A stretch of DNA of 64,000 nt from Candidatus Heimdallarchaeota archaeon. GTDB taxonomy: Archaea > Asgardarchaeota > Heimdallarchaeia > JABLTI01. Location: contig JABCTZ010000017.1 in NCBI GenBank assembly GCA_018238155.1, positions 64,001-128,000 on the forward strand. The letters are read 5' to 3'. A program made the translations under genes and the position numbers. Under the pieces are notes generated by a model, which was given only the letters and a program-made list of their open reading frames with translations, ran no database searches and was not told the DNA's origin. The first letter of the stretch is position 1; each line of letters begins with the position of its first letter. This document shows, piece after piece, positions 48,237 through 59,093 of this stretch.

Positions 48237-50765
48237 ATGGTAAAATCTTTGCCGAAAATTATAATTGTTTTAACACTAATTTTTAGTAGTTTTTTGATGT
48301 TTAACACTGTGGATTTTGGAACTTCTAATAACGACTATAATCAAGAAATCAGTTTTAGAAGTCATAATAAAATAGTAGATAATGATTTGCTTATTTCAGA
48401 CTTTAAGGTTACACCATATGAGCCGAATTTTGAACCTCAAGCAGCTAGAACGGGCGCCCAAAGTTTCGTTGTCATTCTTGTTCATTTCTCTGATTATACA
48501 ACTCCTCGATGGACGCCTGCTGAGCATGAGGATATAATGCAAACAATTGATGATTACTGGGTTAATGCAACTAATGGTTTAATGTCCATTGATTGGGCAG
48601 TTGAAGGATGGTATGATTTAGGAAATAATCTAGCACATTATGCACATCTTACTGGCTCTGGTGCTTTAGATCTGGATGTCAATTGGCATACTATCGCAGA
48701 TGATGCAGTAGCTTTGGCAGATGGTGATGTTGACTTTGCTGCTTTTGATAATATTATTATCATGCTAAGTAATGTTTGGTGGCGTGGCGTAAGCACACTC
48801 GGAACAAAGATAGCAATAAATACTGCTGAAGGTAACTTCAATCGAGAAGCTACACTTGTTGCGGAAAGAGATGGCGATACCGAACAAGCAGTTTGGGGTC
48901 GAGTTGCGCATGAAATGGGTCATTGTTTTCTCTTACAACATACACACGGTAATAGTGCAGCAAAGAATTATGCTAGTTATTATAGCTTAATGGCTCGAGC
49001 TTATCCATCTGCATGTAATATTTATACTATGCTCATCGATAATCATGCAGGCTGGTTTGATGCACCAACGAACGAAGAAGTAATCGCAGCTGGTCAATCA
49101 TTAATGTTTCACGTTAGACCACGACATTTGGACACTACTTTAGATGTTCAATCCTTGAAAGTTCCTTTTTCCGCCACGAAATATTACCGTGTTGAAGTTA
49201 TTGAGCAAAAATCAGAGGATGCTTGGCTGCCTGATGAAGGTGTACTTATTTATCTGGTTGATGAAGGTGATCCTACTAATGATCAATGTACTGATGAGGA
49301 TAGCACTCCAGGTTCCGACCCTGATGTAGTTATAGATTTACAAGATTGTTTATATGATGTAGGTCAAACGTTCACAGATGCAACTAACGATATAACAATA
49401 TCAATAGATCAATTTTCCTTTGATGGCTATGACATATCAGTCACTAATGATGCAGGTGGTTCCATTGATTTAATGATCAATGAATGGGGTGATCCTCCTG
49501 GTTCTCCAGGTCCCTGGGAATCAATAGATATCTACGTTGACAATCCTGTGAATGGTTGGGGTTGGTATAGATACAATGATGGAAATGGTCACAATCCAGT
49601 AGGAAATGGTGATGATCCACTTCTAAATCACGAGAATAGATTGTATGCAAAAATCCATAACATTGGTGATACCGATGCCAGCTCTGTTACTGTTAAATTC
49701 TATGAGAATACTCCTATTGGCGCTGGTGCTTCTGGTTCCTGGACTCTTATTGATACATTAACTGGACTTTACGTTAGCAAACTTTCCACTCAAGAAGTTT
49801 TCGTTCCTTGGACTCCAACATATGCTGTTTCTCCAACAGACACAGGAGTATTAGACATGCACTCTTGTGTTAAAGTTGTTATCGATACTCATCCCTTAGA
49901 AGATACTTCAGGAAATAACGATGCACAAGAAAATATTGACTTCTTTGAAGTAGCACCTGGTTCTCCAATACCTGGTATGATGTATGCTGAAGCAATATAT
50001 GGAACTGTTAGTAAAGATTTCACCATTGTTAATCCTTGGAAAGAAACAAAAGAAATCCATATCAATGTCTTAGGTGTAACTGGTGACTGGACAGTAACTG
50101 GAAATGGAATAGGTGAGTTCCACACTTTTGCATCTAATGAAGCTAAAGTTTTCAGTATTCAAATAACCCCTGGTCCAGATGCTCGTGTAACTGAATCAGT
50201 GCAAGCTGATCTCGTTGCATCTACAAATGTTATGTACGAAAATGAGAATGGTACTTTCGATGGAGACATGCATCTCACACCATTTGGAGGTGTATCATTT
50301 TCTGCAACCATTATGTATCGAAGTAGTTTGAATATTGATGCCACCATAAGAGATGAAAATCATTTCTTGATCAAGGGAGAACTTAATTTCTTGGATGACA
50401 TACCACAGCAGTTATTGCCCGATGCTGACGGTGACCGAATGGTATATCTGCTCATTGAGGAGCTTGATACTGGTGTAATAACAGACACTACGGTTGTTGT
50501 AGATCCATACGGAGATTTCCAACTTGAAGTCATTGGTAAATCAGGCATATACGCAATAAATGCTTATTATGCTGGGACAGGCATAATCACATGTGGTGCT
50601 TCTGTAACACTCATGGTTGATTTAAATGCAAGTACAGTATGGACTAGTACAAGTGGCAGCAGTGATTTTATACCTGGATTTACTTTCTACATTGCACTAA
50701 GTGGTATTCTCCCTATATACATAATAGTAATTATAAAACATAAGAGAAAATTAGCTCTCAGATAA
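48237..50765 (+). CDS. Secreted M6-like (immune inhibitor A-type) metalloprotease with CARDB/Ig domains and an IPGF C-terminal sorting signal
   Basis: VILVHFSD, DGDVDFAAFD, AHEMGH..L.H, YSLMA Met-turn, EGVLIYLVD; C-terminal IPGF-TM-KHKRK. Confidence 0.8.
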   Translation: MVKSLPKIIIVLTLIFSSFLMFNTVDFGTSNNDYNQEISFRSHNKIVDNDLLISDFKVTPYEPNFEPQAARTGAQSFVVILVHFSDYTTPRWTPAEHEDIMQTIDDYWVNATNGLMSIDWAVEGWYDLGNNLAHYAHLTGSGALDLDVNWHTIADDAVALADGDVDFAAFDNIIIMLSNVWWRGVSTLGTKIAINTAEGNFNREATLVAERDGDTEQAVWGRVAHEMGHCFLLQHTHGNSAAKNYASYYSLMARAYPSACNIYTMLIDNHAGWFDAPTNEEVIAAGQSLMFHVRPRHLDTTLDVQSLKVPFSATKYYRVEVIEQKSEDAWLPDEGVLIYLVDEGDPTNDQCTDEDSTPGSDPDVVIDLQDCLYDVGQTFTDATNDITISIDQFSFDGYDISVTNDAGGSIDLMINEWGDPPGSPGPWESIDIYVDNPVNGWGWYRYNDGNGHNPVGNGDDPLLNHENRLYAKIHNIGDTDASSVTVKFYENTPIGAGASGSWTLIDTLTGLYVSKLSTQEVFVPWTPTYAVSPTDTGVLDMHSCVKVVIDTHPLEDTSGNNDAQENIDFFEVAPGSPIPGMMYAEAIYGTVSKDFTIVNPWKETKEIHINVLGVTGDWTVTGNGIGEFHTFASNEAKVFSIQITPGPDARVTESVQADLVASTNVMYENENGTFDGDMHLTPFGGVSFSATIMYRSSLNIDATIRDENHFLIKGELNFLDDIPQQLLPDADGDRMVYLLIEELDTGVITDTTVVVDPYGDFQLEVIGKSGIYAINAYYAGTGIITCGASVTLMVDLNASTVWTSTSGSSDFIPGFTFYIALSGILPIYIIVIIKHKRKLALR

Positions 50766-50890
50766 AAGTAAAGGTTTAATCCTTTCTTTTCTCTTTTTTT
50801 TATTTAAATCATATTTCTATTAAATAGATTATAATGAGTTTTTGACACCCTTTAAATATTGTAAGATACAATATTTATTTAAACAATTAT

Positions 50891-51649
50891 TTGGGAGAAG
50901 ATAGAATGAACCTAAAACGAAAAGGTTACGATAAGCCAATACACTATTTACTAGTTTTCCTACTAATTTTATCATCCGGATTTTTACCTCTAGAGTATTC
51001 TCAGAGTAATCCTATTCCAGTTGATCTTTATGAGGTCAATTTTGAGGATATCCATCAATGGGATATGACCCTTTCAACTGAAGGGAGTTCCTTAACTAGA
51101 GATACTACACTAAATCATTCCATGGAAAACACTGGAAAATTAATAGGTAGAACAGTTTGTTATTATGATTTTACTAAAAATAGAGCTAGCGGAGAACCGA
51201 TAAGTTTCAAAAATTCTCGATCTGTTGAATTTGGTTGGTATTTCACAAACATCAGCAGTAATTATGTTGCAGTGATGCTTAACTATTCAGACACTCAAGT
51301 TTATTTTGTAGCCAATTTTTCAGGTGAATATTCGAATAGCAGTTCTGAATATTGGTTTCTGCGCAATAATGATACTACTACCGAAAGTTGGTATGAACAT
51401 CATTTATCCCTAGATTCTTTTGGTGATCTGTTATATGGTGTTGCTATTATCAATAGTGGTTATGATAATGGGGTAAATTTGGAACCTTGTAACCAGACAA
51501 CAAATTTCGCTTACATCAACATAACACATTTCGGTGAGGGGTGGACACCTCCATTAGCAATTCCAATATTTCCAATAATAATCGGACTAGTAATTATTGG
51601 AATCACGAGTTCAAAATTTGTGCTTAAAAAATCGAAAGAAAAGAAATGA
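50891..51649 (+). CDS. Hypothetical membrane-anchored surface protein
   Basis: Signal peptide, glycosylation sequons, C-terminal TM plus Lys tail. Confidence 0.6.
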   Translation: MGEDRMNLKRKGYDKPIHYLLVFLLILSSGFLPLEYSQSNPIPVDLYEVNFEDIHQWDMTLSTEGSSLTRDTTLNHSMENTGKLIGRTVCYYDFTKNRASGEPISFKNSRSVEFGWYFTNISSNYVAVMLNYSDTQVYFVANFSGEYSNSSSEYWFLRNNDTTTESWYEHHLSLDSFGDLLYGVAIINSGYDNGVNLEPCNQTTNFAYINITHFGEGWTPPLAIPIFPIIIGLVIIGITSSKFVLKKSKEKK

Positions 51650-51949
51650 AAACTTCTTTTCTTATATTTTTCCATAATAACAAATCCATTCTTCTATTTG
51701 TTAATATTAGTAACATTGTTCACTATATGAAAGCATGTTGATACGTAGTGACCAACAACTAACCAATAGAATCACTCTTCAGCATATTTTCGTTTAAGAA
51801 CATCGTCAATATTCAATGTATATAGCCTTACAGAGAATATACTTACCAAAATTATCTGGAAATAGTGGACAATAGCCTATTTGCTAAAAAAATATACTCT
51901 CTGAATCCAATAGTTTTAGTTGATAACCAAAAATGATGGTGGTCAATCA

Positions 51950-52090
51950 ATGCAAACAAAGGACAGAATAATATCGAAAAAAGAAATTAAGGACGTAATA
52001 CTAATTATAATTATTACTGGTATACTGTTACTATTAGCTCTTGCTTTAGATGTAAGTCATCACTTTCCTAATCTATGGTTTTGGGATTAA
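51950..52090 (+). CDS. Small single-TM protein (46 aa)
   Basis: GGTGG upstream; MQTKDRIISKKEIKDVILIIIITGILLLLALALDVSHHFPNLWFWD. Confidence 0.45.
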   Translation: MQTKDRIISKKEIKDVILIIIITGILLLLALALDVSHHFPNLWFWD

Positions 52091-52400
52091 ACAATAATCA
52101 CTTTTTGTATAAAGTAATTAATTTTGCTACTGAATAAAGTCTTATGCAATTTTTTAGATGAAATAAAAATAGATACAAACTTCGAAAAACTTCTTGACGA
52201 GATTTTGTTCTTTGAGTTTGGCATTTCTATTATTGGGGAGAGGGTTCCTACGGCTTGGGAAATGAAAAATCATTTATCGAGGAATCTCAAACGAAAAATT
52301 TTTTGTGTAACCAATTCTTTTAATAAATTAACAATACTTTCATCAAACAAAAGTTATATATTTGGAAAAAGCTGTTTTTATTTTAAAGGAGGAGGAAACT

Positions 52401-53225
52401 TTGTACAAAATCAATTACAAAAGAAAATTCTCAAAATTACTATTTCTAGGATTAATATTGGTACTAGTACCAAGCACTTTAGTAAAATCAGCCAATCTAA
52501 AAGCAACTATTTATTCTTATCCTGCAGACCCTATACCGACAATCGATGGTAAGATATCTGCTGGTGAATGGACTGTTGCAGGAACACCTGAAGAAACAAA
52601 ATTATATGATTTATCTGATCAATATAATCCACATATTGTCATTTATTTGAGATCTGTTTATTCAGAAGAAAAAGTCTTATATCTTGCTATAGAAATTCCT
52701 GATACACTAGTGGATGGAAGTGATGAATTTATAATTGCCTTTAATTCGAGTGATACACCTTTAGCTCTAAGTGCTCCTACTTCTGGAATTGCCTTTGATG
52801 ACGACCATGATGCTAAAAAGCTCAAGATTGAGAGCAATGATTACATTGATGCTTTCACATCAGGGACTGGTTTTAGTCTCAATGATGATGTATCTGTTAG
52901 CGGAACGAATGATGGTCTGGGAAAGTGTACTAACAATGTTACGCATGTGATTATTGAATTCGAGATACCATTTGATTCAGGCGATTCTCACGGTCGAGAT
53001 ATAGCAGTAAATGTTGGTGATGATGAAGAAATATTTCTCTACTATCGGGATGGAGACAATGAAACAACATACTCTCACTGGTTGGTAGAACTAGTTGAGT
53101 ATGACTATTGTAGAATACATATTGGTTTACCCCCTGCTTTTACAGGGATTCCATTCTGGATATTTGCAACATCTCTTGCGAGTATCTTTATTATTGCTTC
53201 ATTCATTAAGAAGAAGAAAAAGTGA
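52401..53225 (+). CDS. Surface protein with a CBM9/DOMON-like domain and C-terminal anchor
   Basis: PTIDGKISAGEW, LYLAIEIPD, IIEFEIPF; GGAGG RBS before TTG 52401; TM plus KKKKK. Confidence 0.65.
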   Translation: MYKINYKRKFSKLLFLGLILVLVPSTLVKSANLKATIYSYPADPIPTIDGKISAGEWTVAGTPEETKLYDLSDQYNPHIVIYLRSVYSEEKVLYLAIEIPDTLVDGSDEFIIAFNSSDTPLALSAPTSGIAFDDDHDAKKLKIESNDYIDAFTSGTGFSLNDDVSVSGTNDGLGKCTNNVTHVIIEFEIPFDSGDSHGRDIAVNVGDDEEIFLYYRDGDNETTYSHWLVELVEYDYCRIHIGLPPAFTGIPFWIFATSLASIFIIASFIKKKKK

Positions 53226-53360
53226 GATACATCTGAACAACTGAAAGCTGAAGGAACTTACCCTTTAGCTAGTTATTTTTTTAATAATTCTTTTTTTCTT
53301 CTCACCGTAAGTATTTTAAATGGAAACTGAAAGGAAAAAGATAATCAATAATAATAAGCT

Positions 53361-53466
53361 AGGCCTGTAGCGCAGTTAGGATAGCGCACTTGCCTTCTAA
53401 TCAGTTCACTTGGTGATCTGAGAAGTAAGTAAGGGGTCGAGGGTTCAAATCCCTCCAGGCCTGCCA
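53361..53466 (+). tRNA. tRNA-Arg(UCU) with a 28-nt intron at 37/38 (53400-53427) and encoded CCA
   Basis: Acceptor AGGCCTG/CAGGCCT; D arm GCGC; anticodon TCT at 53396-53398; canonical BHB (CTTC/GAAG helix with two TAA bulges); T arm GAGGG-TTCAAAT-CCCTC. Confidence 0.95.
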
Positions 53467-53546
53467 TTTTAATTTTAGTTATGAAACAATTTCATTTTAC
53501 CATAAATTCTTTTACTTGCATTATTTTATATTTGAATGGTGTCGTA

Positions 53547-54500
53547 ATGATTAAGCTAAAAGCATTAACTTCTAACCATATTTCAGACATTGTTCATTTA
53601 ATCCTAAACAAGTGTAAACAAGCGAATTTAATTTTTCCTAATCTCTTTGATCAAATACCAATTGAAACGAAACTATCCTCTATGCTCGACGATTTTTTTG
53701 TGAAAAATTCTGGATATGGTGCTTTTCGGAAAAATGAACTGGTGTCATTTCTTCTCGGATTTTCAGGTATACCTCATCTAAAGGGACAAGAACAGGGAAT
53801 TTACATTCCGTTATGGGGGCATTATCAATCTAACATTGACGATCAACAGTTTTTCCTTCTCTACCGCACTCTTGCTCAAGAAATTGTTAATGACGGTGTT
53901 TTTAATCATATCATAACCTATTTGCCAAATAATCCCCTCCTCCAAGAGCAATTATTCACTTTAGGTTTTGGTCTCTTGGTTATTGATGCTATTAGACCTA
54001 TGGAATTAATTTCCACTAAACCTCTCCAATCAAAATTCGTTGTAAGGTCTATGACATCAGATGATCATAATGATGTTAATCAACTCGAAATTGATTTAAG
54101 TTCAAATTTGCAAACAAGTCCTACTTTTCTTCATTCATCCCTATCTGGTCAATCTTCTCCTTTGAGCGATTTTATCAGTGATAAAAACCAGACTTTTGTT
54201 GTCGAATTTGAGGATAAGATTGTAGCTGCTACACGTTGCGTCCTTGGTTCTAGTAATTTAGATCTTCTAGACCACTCCCAAACAATAGCAATAAATTTTG
54301 CAAATACTTATCCAGAATTCAGAGGGATGGGTTTAGGAACGCATTTAGTAAATGAAGTTCTCAAATGGGGTCAAACTCATCAATCTACTAGATGTACCGT
54401 AGATTTTGAATCAGCTAATCTGATTGCAACTCGGTTCTGGTTGTCCCTTTTTACTCCCATTGGTTTTAGTGCTATTCGCAAAATGGATAATCGTCTCTAA
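53547..54500 (+). CDS. GNAT family N-acetyltransferase (tandem domain)
   Basis: YPEFRGMGLGTHLV acetyl-CoA motif; VDFESAN..ATRFW. Confidence 0.82.
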   Translation: MIKLKALTSNHISDIVHLILNKCKQANLIFPNLFDQIPIETKLSSMLDDFFVKNSGYGAFRKNELVSFLLGFSGIPHLKGQEQGIYIPLWGHYQSNIDDQQFFLLYRTLAQEIVNDGVFNHIITYLPNNPLLQEQLFTLGFGLLVIDAIRPMELISTKPLQSKFVVRSMTSDDHNDVNQLEIDLSSNLQTSPTFLHSSLSGQSSPLSDFISDKNQTFVVEFEDKIVAATRCVLGSSNLDLLDHSQTIAINFANTYPEFRGMGLGTHLVNEVLKWGQTHQSTRCTVDFESANLIATRFWLSLFTPIGFSAIRKMDNRL

Positions 54501-54611
54501 TTATCTTTTCTAGTCATTTACTATTTTTTTGTGTGGAAATTACTGAATTTGTGCATGTTTTGTAATTATTATTTATATTCTATATTGATTGTTTATTAGC
54601 TTGGGATTATT

Positions 54612-55697
54612 ATGAAAAAAGTATTGCAAATTTGGCCTTTGATTTTGAATAAAATAGAAACAAGTAATGTTAAAGAAACATATTTCTTTGATTTTAGTGA
54701 TAATAAAGACGAAACTTGTGCTCTCCAGATAAGTAAAGGAACATGTCAATTTATTGATGGTGTGCCGGAAAATTATACTATTAAGATTACTGTTGAGACT
54801 AAGGACTGGATATCAATCTTATCGAAGGAACAATTGATTGAAGATGTTATTGCCGACGGAAAATTAACTATCGAAGGCGATGATAAGAAATTAACCAAAT
54901 TTGAACAATATTTTTCTGGTGATCCCGATTGTCTACAATTCAAATCTAGTAACTATGTAATGACTGAGAATGAGAAAGAATTGGAAGAAGGAAAATGGAC
55001 TAAACCACGAAAAATCTTAGCACTAATTGGTTCTCCAAGAAAAGACAGAGGTGCTACAACAATGGTTTATTCATTTCTCAAGCAAGGATTGGATGACTGT
55101 GATTGTGAAATTGATACCATCTATTTAGCTGATTTAGAAAATAAGACCTGTAAGGGATGTTTTACTTGCTGGAATGGAAAAGATAAGAAATGTGTCTATA
55201 GTGATGATGTTAATGATTTAATTCTTAAAATACCGACCTATGATTTACTGATACTTGCAGCACCTGTTTATATTGATGGTCTTCCTGGTGCGCTGAAAAA
55301 TTTTATTGATAGAATGCTTTGTCTACTCGCTCCCGAATTTATTATAAAAGACGATCATTGTCGACATCCCAGTAGATATCCAAGGATGCCTCATCTTCTC
55401 TTAGTATCCACTTGTGGATTCACAGAATTTGATAATTTCTCTCCAATGATAGAACATGTAGAAGAAATTTGTAAAAATATGCATTTCTCTTATATTGGTG
55501 AAGTACTCCCACCAACTGCTTGGTTGATGACAGTTCCAAATCTACAACCTTTATACTTGCCTGTTATTGAAGCTATAAAACAAGCTGGTAAAGATATTTT
55601 TACTTCAGGTAAAATTTCAGAGGATCTCTATAAGCAAATCACTAAACCTATCTTATCCCGTGGACAAATTTTTGCTTTCTATAATCGTGACCTATAG
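54612..55697 (+). CDS. SCP2 sterol-carrier domain fused to an iron-sulfur flavoprotein/NADPH-dependent FMN reductase domain
   Basis: N-terminal GKLTIEGD SCP2 motif; GSPRK..GAT, CKGCFTCW...C, APVY..G.PG.LKNFIDR. Confidence 0.8.
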   Translation: MKKVLQIWPLILNKIETSNVKETYFFDFSDNKDETCALQISKGTCQFIDGVPENYTIKITVETKDWISILSKEQLIEDVIADGKLTIEGDDKKLTKFEQYFSGDPDCLQFKSSNYVMTENEKELEEGKWTKPRKILALIGSPRKDRGATTMVYSFLKQGLDDCDCEIDTIYLADLENKTCKGCFTCWNGKDKKCVYSDDVNDLILKIPTYDLLILAAPVYIDGLPGALKNFIDRMLCLLAPEFIIKDDHCRHPSRYPRMPHLLLVSTCGFTEFDNFSPMIEHVEEICKNMHFSYIGEVLPPTAWLMTVPNLQPLYLPVIEAIKQAGKDIFTSGKISEDLYKQITKPILSRGQIFAFYNRDL

Positions 55698-55775
55698 TTA
55701 ATTTACATATAGAAATTGCTTGAAAAATTCTCTCTTATTGGATATATTGTGGGAGAGACAGATTGTATCGAAGAT

Positions 55776-56627
55776 CTAAATCTTCTTTACAAAATACTCT
55801 AGTTTCTTTAACCATAAGTCAGCATTGTTACTATTTCTTTCATTTATCACATACCAGTGTGCAAGCGTTGCAATTGCAAACCCCTTCCAAGTATTCACTT
55901 CTCGTTGCAAATGCAGAGGAGGATGTACCTTTGAATATTCTTTAGCATAAGCTAAATCAAAATAGATTGAACCCTTAGTAGCAAACTCCCAATCAATAAT
56001 AGCATACTTTGCTTCTTGTTCTTTGGCAGTAGGATAGACTTGGAGAATGTTGCCTTCGTGAAAGTCTCCATGAATTAAGTGAGTACCAGCTAATTTTGTC
56101 TTTTTTTGTTGATCTAAGAACTCGGTAATCAATTCCAAATACATTCCCCACTTTTCCTCATTTTCTTGTTCTTTGTTTAGAGGTTGGGTTAATTTCTTTA
56201 CTACATCTTGCTCAAATGAAAATTTAGCTGGAATGTGTTTACTTGCTTTCTTCATAATCTCAATTAATTCAATCACTAACTGAAAATCTAGATAGGGTTT
56301 CATACTTGAAAATGCTTGGCCATGAATCCAAGATAATGCTCGAATAGAACACCCAGCTTCTACAGAGGTCCACTCATCAATTATTTCTGGAATAATAATC
56401 AATTGCTCATCTGTATGCCTTTTTTTTACTACTTTTGCGATTGCTTTTAGAGCCATTCCTTCTCGCTCGAAACGATTTTGATAATAATCATTGTCTGGAT
56501 AAATACGAAAAATCACTTTTTGCTCTTTATATTTGCCAGTAAATTTCTGGATTGATTCTCCTAATATCAGAGGATGTATATCATTAGCATTAGTAATTTC
56601 TGCCAATTGATCAGCTGTCAAATTCAT
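55776..56627 (-). CDS. Aminoglycoside phosphotransferase/choline kinase-like protein
   Basis: LIHGDFHEGNIL, IIDWEFA..G..YFDLA. Confidence 0.85.
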   Translation of the reverse strand: MNLTADQLAEITNANDIHPLILGESIQKFTGKYKEQKVIFRIYPDNDYYQNRFEREGMALKAIAKVVKKRHTDEQLIIIPEIIDEWTSVEAGCSIRALSWIHGQAFSSMKPYLDFQLVIELIEIMKKASKHIPAKFSFEQDVVKKLTQPLNKEQENEEKWGMYLELITEFLDQQKKTKLAGTHLIHGDFHEGNILQVYPTAKEQEAKYAIIDWEFATKGSIYFDLAYAKEYSKVHPPLHLQREVNTWKGFAIATLAHWYVINERNSNNADLWLKKLEYFVKKI

Positions 56628-56779
56628 ATTCTTACCAAACCTCTCAATACTGCATACTTCATCTTTAGCTTGATTTTGTTAGCGATTAGATGACTAATTA
56701 ATATTTTTGGATGTAAAGAAAAAGACTTTAGTCTATTTTAACTAGATAGTATATGTTAAAATGTTCCGAGAGATGACTA

Positions 56780-58957
56780 ATGGTTCCAAAAACTGATTCT
56801 ATTAAACCAACAATAACTGATATGATTTCATTGGAATTCGTTTCACATGCAAAAATTTCGCCAAAAGGCGATAAAATTGCTTATTGTATTAGAAAAACGA
56901 ACTGGACTAAAGATAGGTATGAGAATGATTGTTTTATATTTGATGTTGAGAAAAATAAAACCTTTCAATTAACTAGATATGGTAAAATAAATCAGATTGC
57001 CTGGATAAATAATGAATCTCTTGCAGTATTAAAAGAAGATCCTGAAATGAAAGAAAATTCTAATCAAGTATTTGTTTTTGAAGATTTAATAGGAGAACCC
57101 ATCCAAGTAACAGATCATTATAACGGCATCCAGACCTTTGAGATATTTGGTAAGGGGTTAATATATCTCGCAAAAGCTCCAGATAGAGCAGAAACAAAGG
57201 AACGTAAGACTAAGTTTGGATCCTTCATTCATTTTGAGCAAGAGCAAAGTGCAAGCGCACTTTATTATGTAGAATATGAGAAAATGAAGAATTATTTTGA
57301 AGGAAAGAAAAAGAAGAATGGAAATAATTCTAAATCGCTGATAAAACCTGTGATAGAAATTACCAAGCTATTGAAAGAACCTCTATCAATTTTGGGTTAT
57401 GTTGTTTCTCCACAAAATGATGCAATTTATCTTACCTGTCAATCTCGAGATGACAAAGTATACGATCAAGAAACGAGCACTTATCAAATCAAGATAAAAC
57501 CCACAGAAGCATTGAATGCTTATCTCAGCAAACAAGACGAAAAACAACCTACTGATAAAAAAGAAACTAAGAATAAAAATGACAAAGAAGTGCTAGATGA
57601 TGATCTATCATATCTTGGTGTTCTAACTAGAATCGCACTGCCAATTGTGAGCTCTATTGTTAATATTTCACCAGATGGAAAGAAACTCCTTGTAGCAAGA
57701 AGAGAACGCGATAATTTCTACTTCACTCAAAGTGATTTATGGACATTGGATGTAGATAAATGGCAACCCCTCCTAGCAAAGGAAGAAATAAACGATAAAT
57801 TAGTGAAAATTACCGGTAGTCTAGATAGAACGCCTATGAATATACATTGGGTGAAAGAAGGAATATTTTGCTCTCATGTTGAAGGAACAAAAACAGCTAT
57901 CATTCACATTTCTAAATCAGGGGAAATTTCTACATTAGATCTAGAAGGTTATTCTGCATCGCTGTTTAATACTTTTGATGTTTCAGAGAGCGGTCGTTTA
58001 TGTTTCTTGGGATTCAACTCTTCTAAAATAGAAGAGCTCTATATTACTCAAAATGCAATTACAGTCAGCAAATTAGAATTCATACAAATAACTAATTTCG
58101 GCAAACAAATTCAAAATTGGAGATTCGGCACTGTCGAAACCATACGATGGGCTAGTAAAGATGGAACTGAGATTGAGGGAGTTCTTAGAAAGCCTGATGG
58201 CTTCGATCCAAAGAAAAAATATCCATTAGTTTTTATCATCCATGGAGGCCCTGCAAGTTTTGACGCTGAAACTCTTCTACCTCGAAATAGCCTTTATTAT
58301 TATCCTGGTATTCAATTTAGCAATCTGGATATACTAGTTTTAAGAGTAAATTATCGTGGGTCCATAGGAAGAGGACAAGCATTTCTTGAGCTAAACAAAG
58401 ATAATCTTGGAATTGGTGATATGTGGGATCTAGAAAGTGCTATAGACTATCTTGAAAAGCAAGGATTTGTTGACACTAACAAAATAGGCTGCATGGGTTG
58501 GAGTCAAGGCGGATATATCTCTGCTTTTGTAGGCATTCATTCAAAACGATTCAAGGCAGTATCTGTTGGTGCAGGTATAGCAGACTGGTATACTTATCAT
58601 ATTAGCAATGATATTCCTCAATTTACAACTCATTACCTTTCTGGCAGTCCATTTAGAAATAGAGAATTATATGAGAAAACAGCTCCTATAAGTAATATCA
58701 AAAATGCCCAAACACCAACGCTAATTCAACATGGAGAAATTGACCAAAGAGTACCTCTATCAAATGCAAAAGAGCTCTATCGCGGTTTAAAGGAGATGAA
58801 TGTACCCGTTGAATTGTTCATTTATCCAGGTATGGGTCATCCAATAATCAAACCAAAAGAAAATCGTACGGTAATGTATCAAAATTTGAATTGGTTCAGT
58901 CACTACTTGTTAGGTGAGGTCTTGAATCTTTTTGATGAGAAGAAAATGGAAAAATGA
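56780..58957 (+). CDS. S9 family peptidase (acylaminoacyl/dipeptidyl peptidase)
   Basis: IHGGP, NYRGS.G.G, GWSQGG, HGEIDQRVP, YPGMGH. Confidence 0.92.
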   Translation: MVPKTDSIKPTITDMISLEFVSHAKISPKGDKIAYCIRKTNWTKDRYENDCFIFDVEKNKTFQLTRYGKINQIAWINNESLAVLKEDPEMKENSNQVFVFEDLIGEPIQVTDHYNGIQTFEIFGKGLIYLAKAPDRAETKERKTKFGSFIHFEQEQSASALYYVEYEKMKNYFEGKKKKNGNNSKSLIKPVIEITKLLKEPLSILGYVVSPQNDAIYLTCQSRDDKVYDQETSTYQIKIKPTEALNAYLSKQDEKQPTDKKETKNKNDKEVLDDDLSYLGVLTRIALPIVSSIVNISPDGKKLLVARRERDNFYFTQSDLWTLDVDKWQPLLAKEEINDKLVKITGSLDRTPMNIHWVKEGIFCSHVEGTKTAIIHISKSGEISTLDLEGYSASLFNTFDVSESGRLCFLGFNSSKIEELYITQNAITVSKLEFIQITNFGKQIQNWRFGTVETIRWASKDGTEIEGVLRKPDGFDPKKKYPLVFIIHGGPASFDAETLLPRNSLYYYPGIQFSNLDILVLRVNYRGSIGRGQAFLELNKDNLGIGDMWDLESAIDYLEKQGFVDTNKIGCMGWSQGGYISAFVGIHSKRFKAVSVGAGIADWYTYHISNDIPQFTTHYLSGSPFRNRELYEKTAPISNIKNAQTPTLIQHGEIDQRVPLSNAKELYRGLKEMNVPVELFIYPGMGHPIIKPKENRTVMYQNLNWFSHYLLGEVLNLFDEKKMEK

Positions 58958-59093
58958 GTTCCTTTTCTCACATTTTTTTACCATAATCATCTACTACTTT
59001 CTTCTATGTACTCCTATTTTCTCTCTATACCCAACACATAATATTGATTCTAAATGCATATGGAGATAGATTGAAACTGACTGTTGAATTGTT

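Noticed and set aside
52124-52552. 142-aa ORF overlapping the CBM9-like gene
   Set aside because: It has no recognisable features and overlaps a better-supported gene that has an RBS; likely spurious.
53361-58957. tRNA as an integration site of a mobile element
   Set aside because: No integrase was found, and I saw no duplicated tRNA 3' end (att) in the window.
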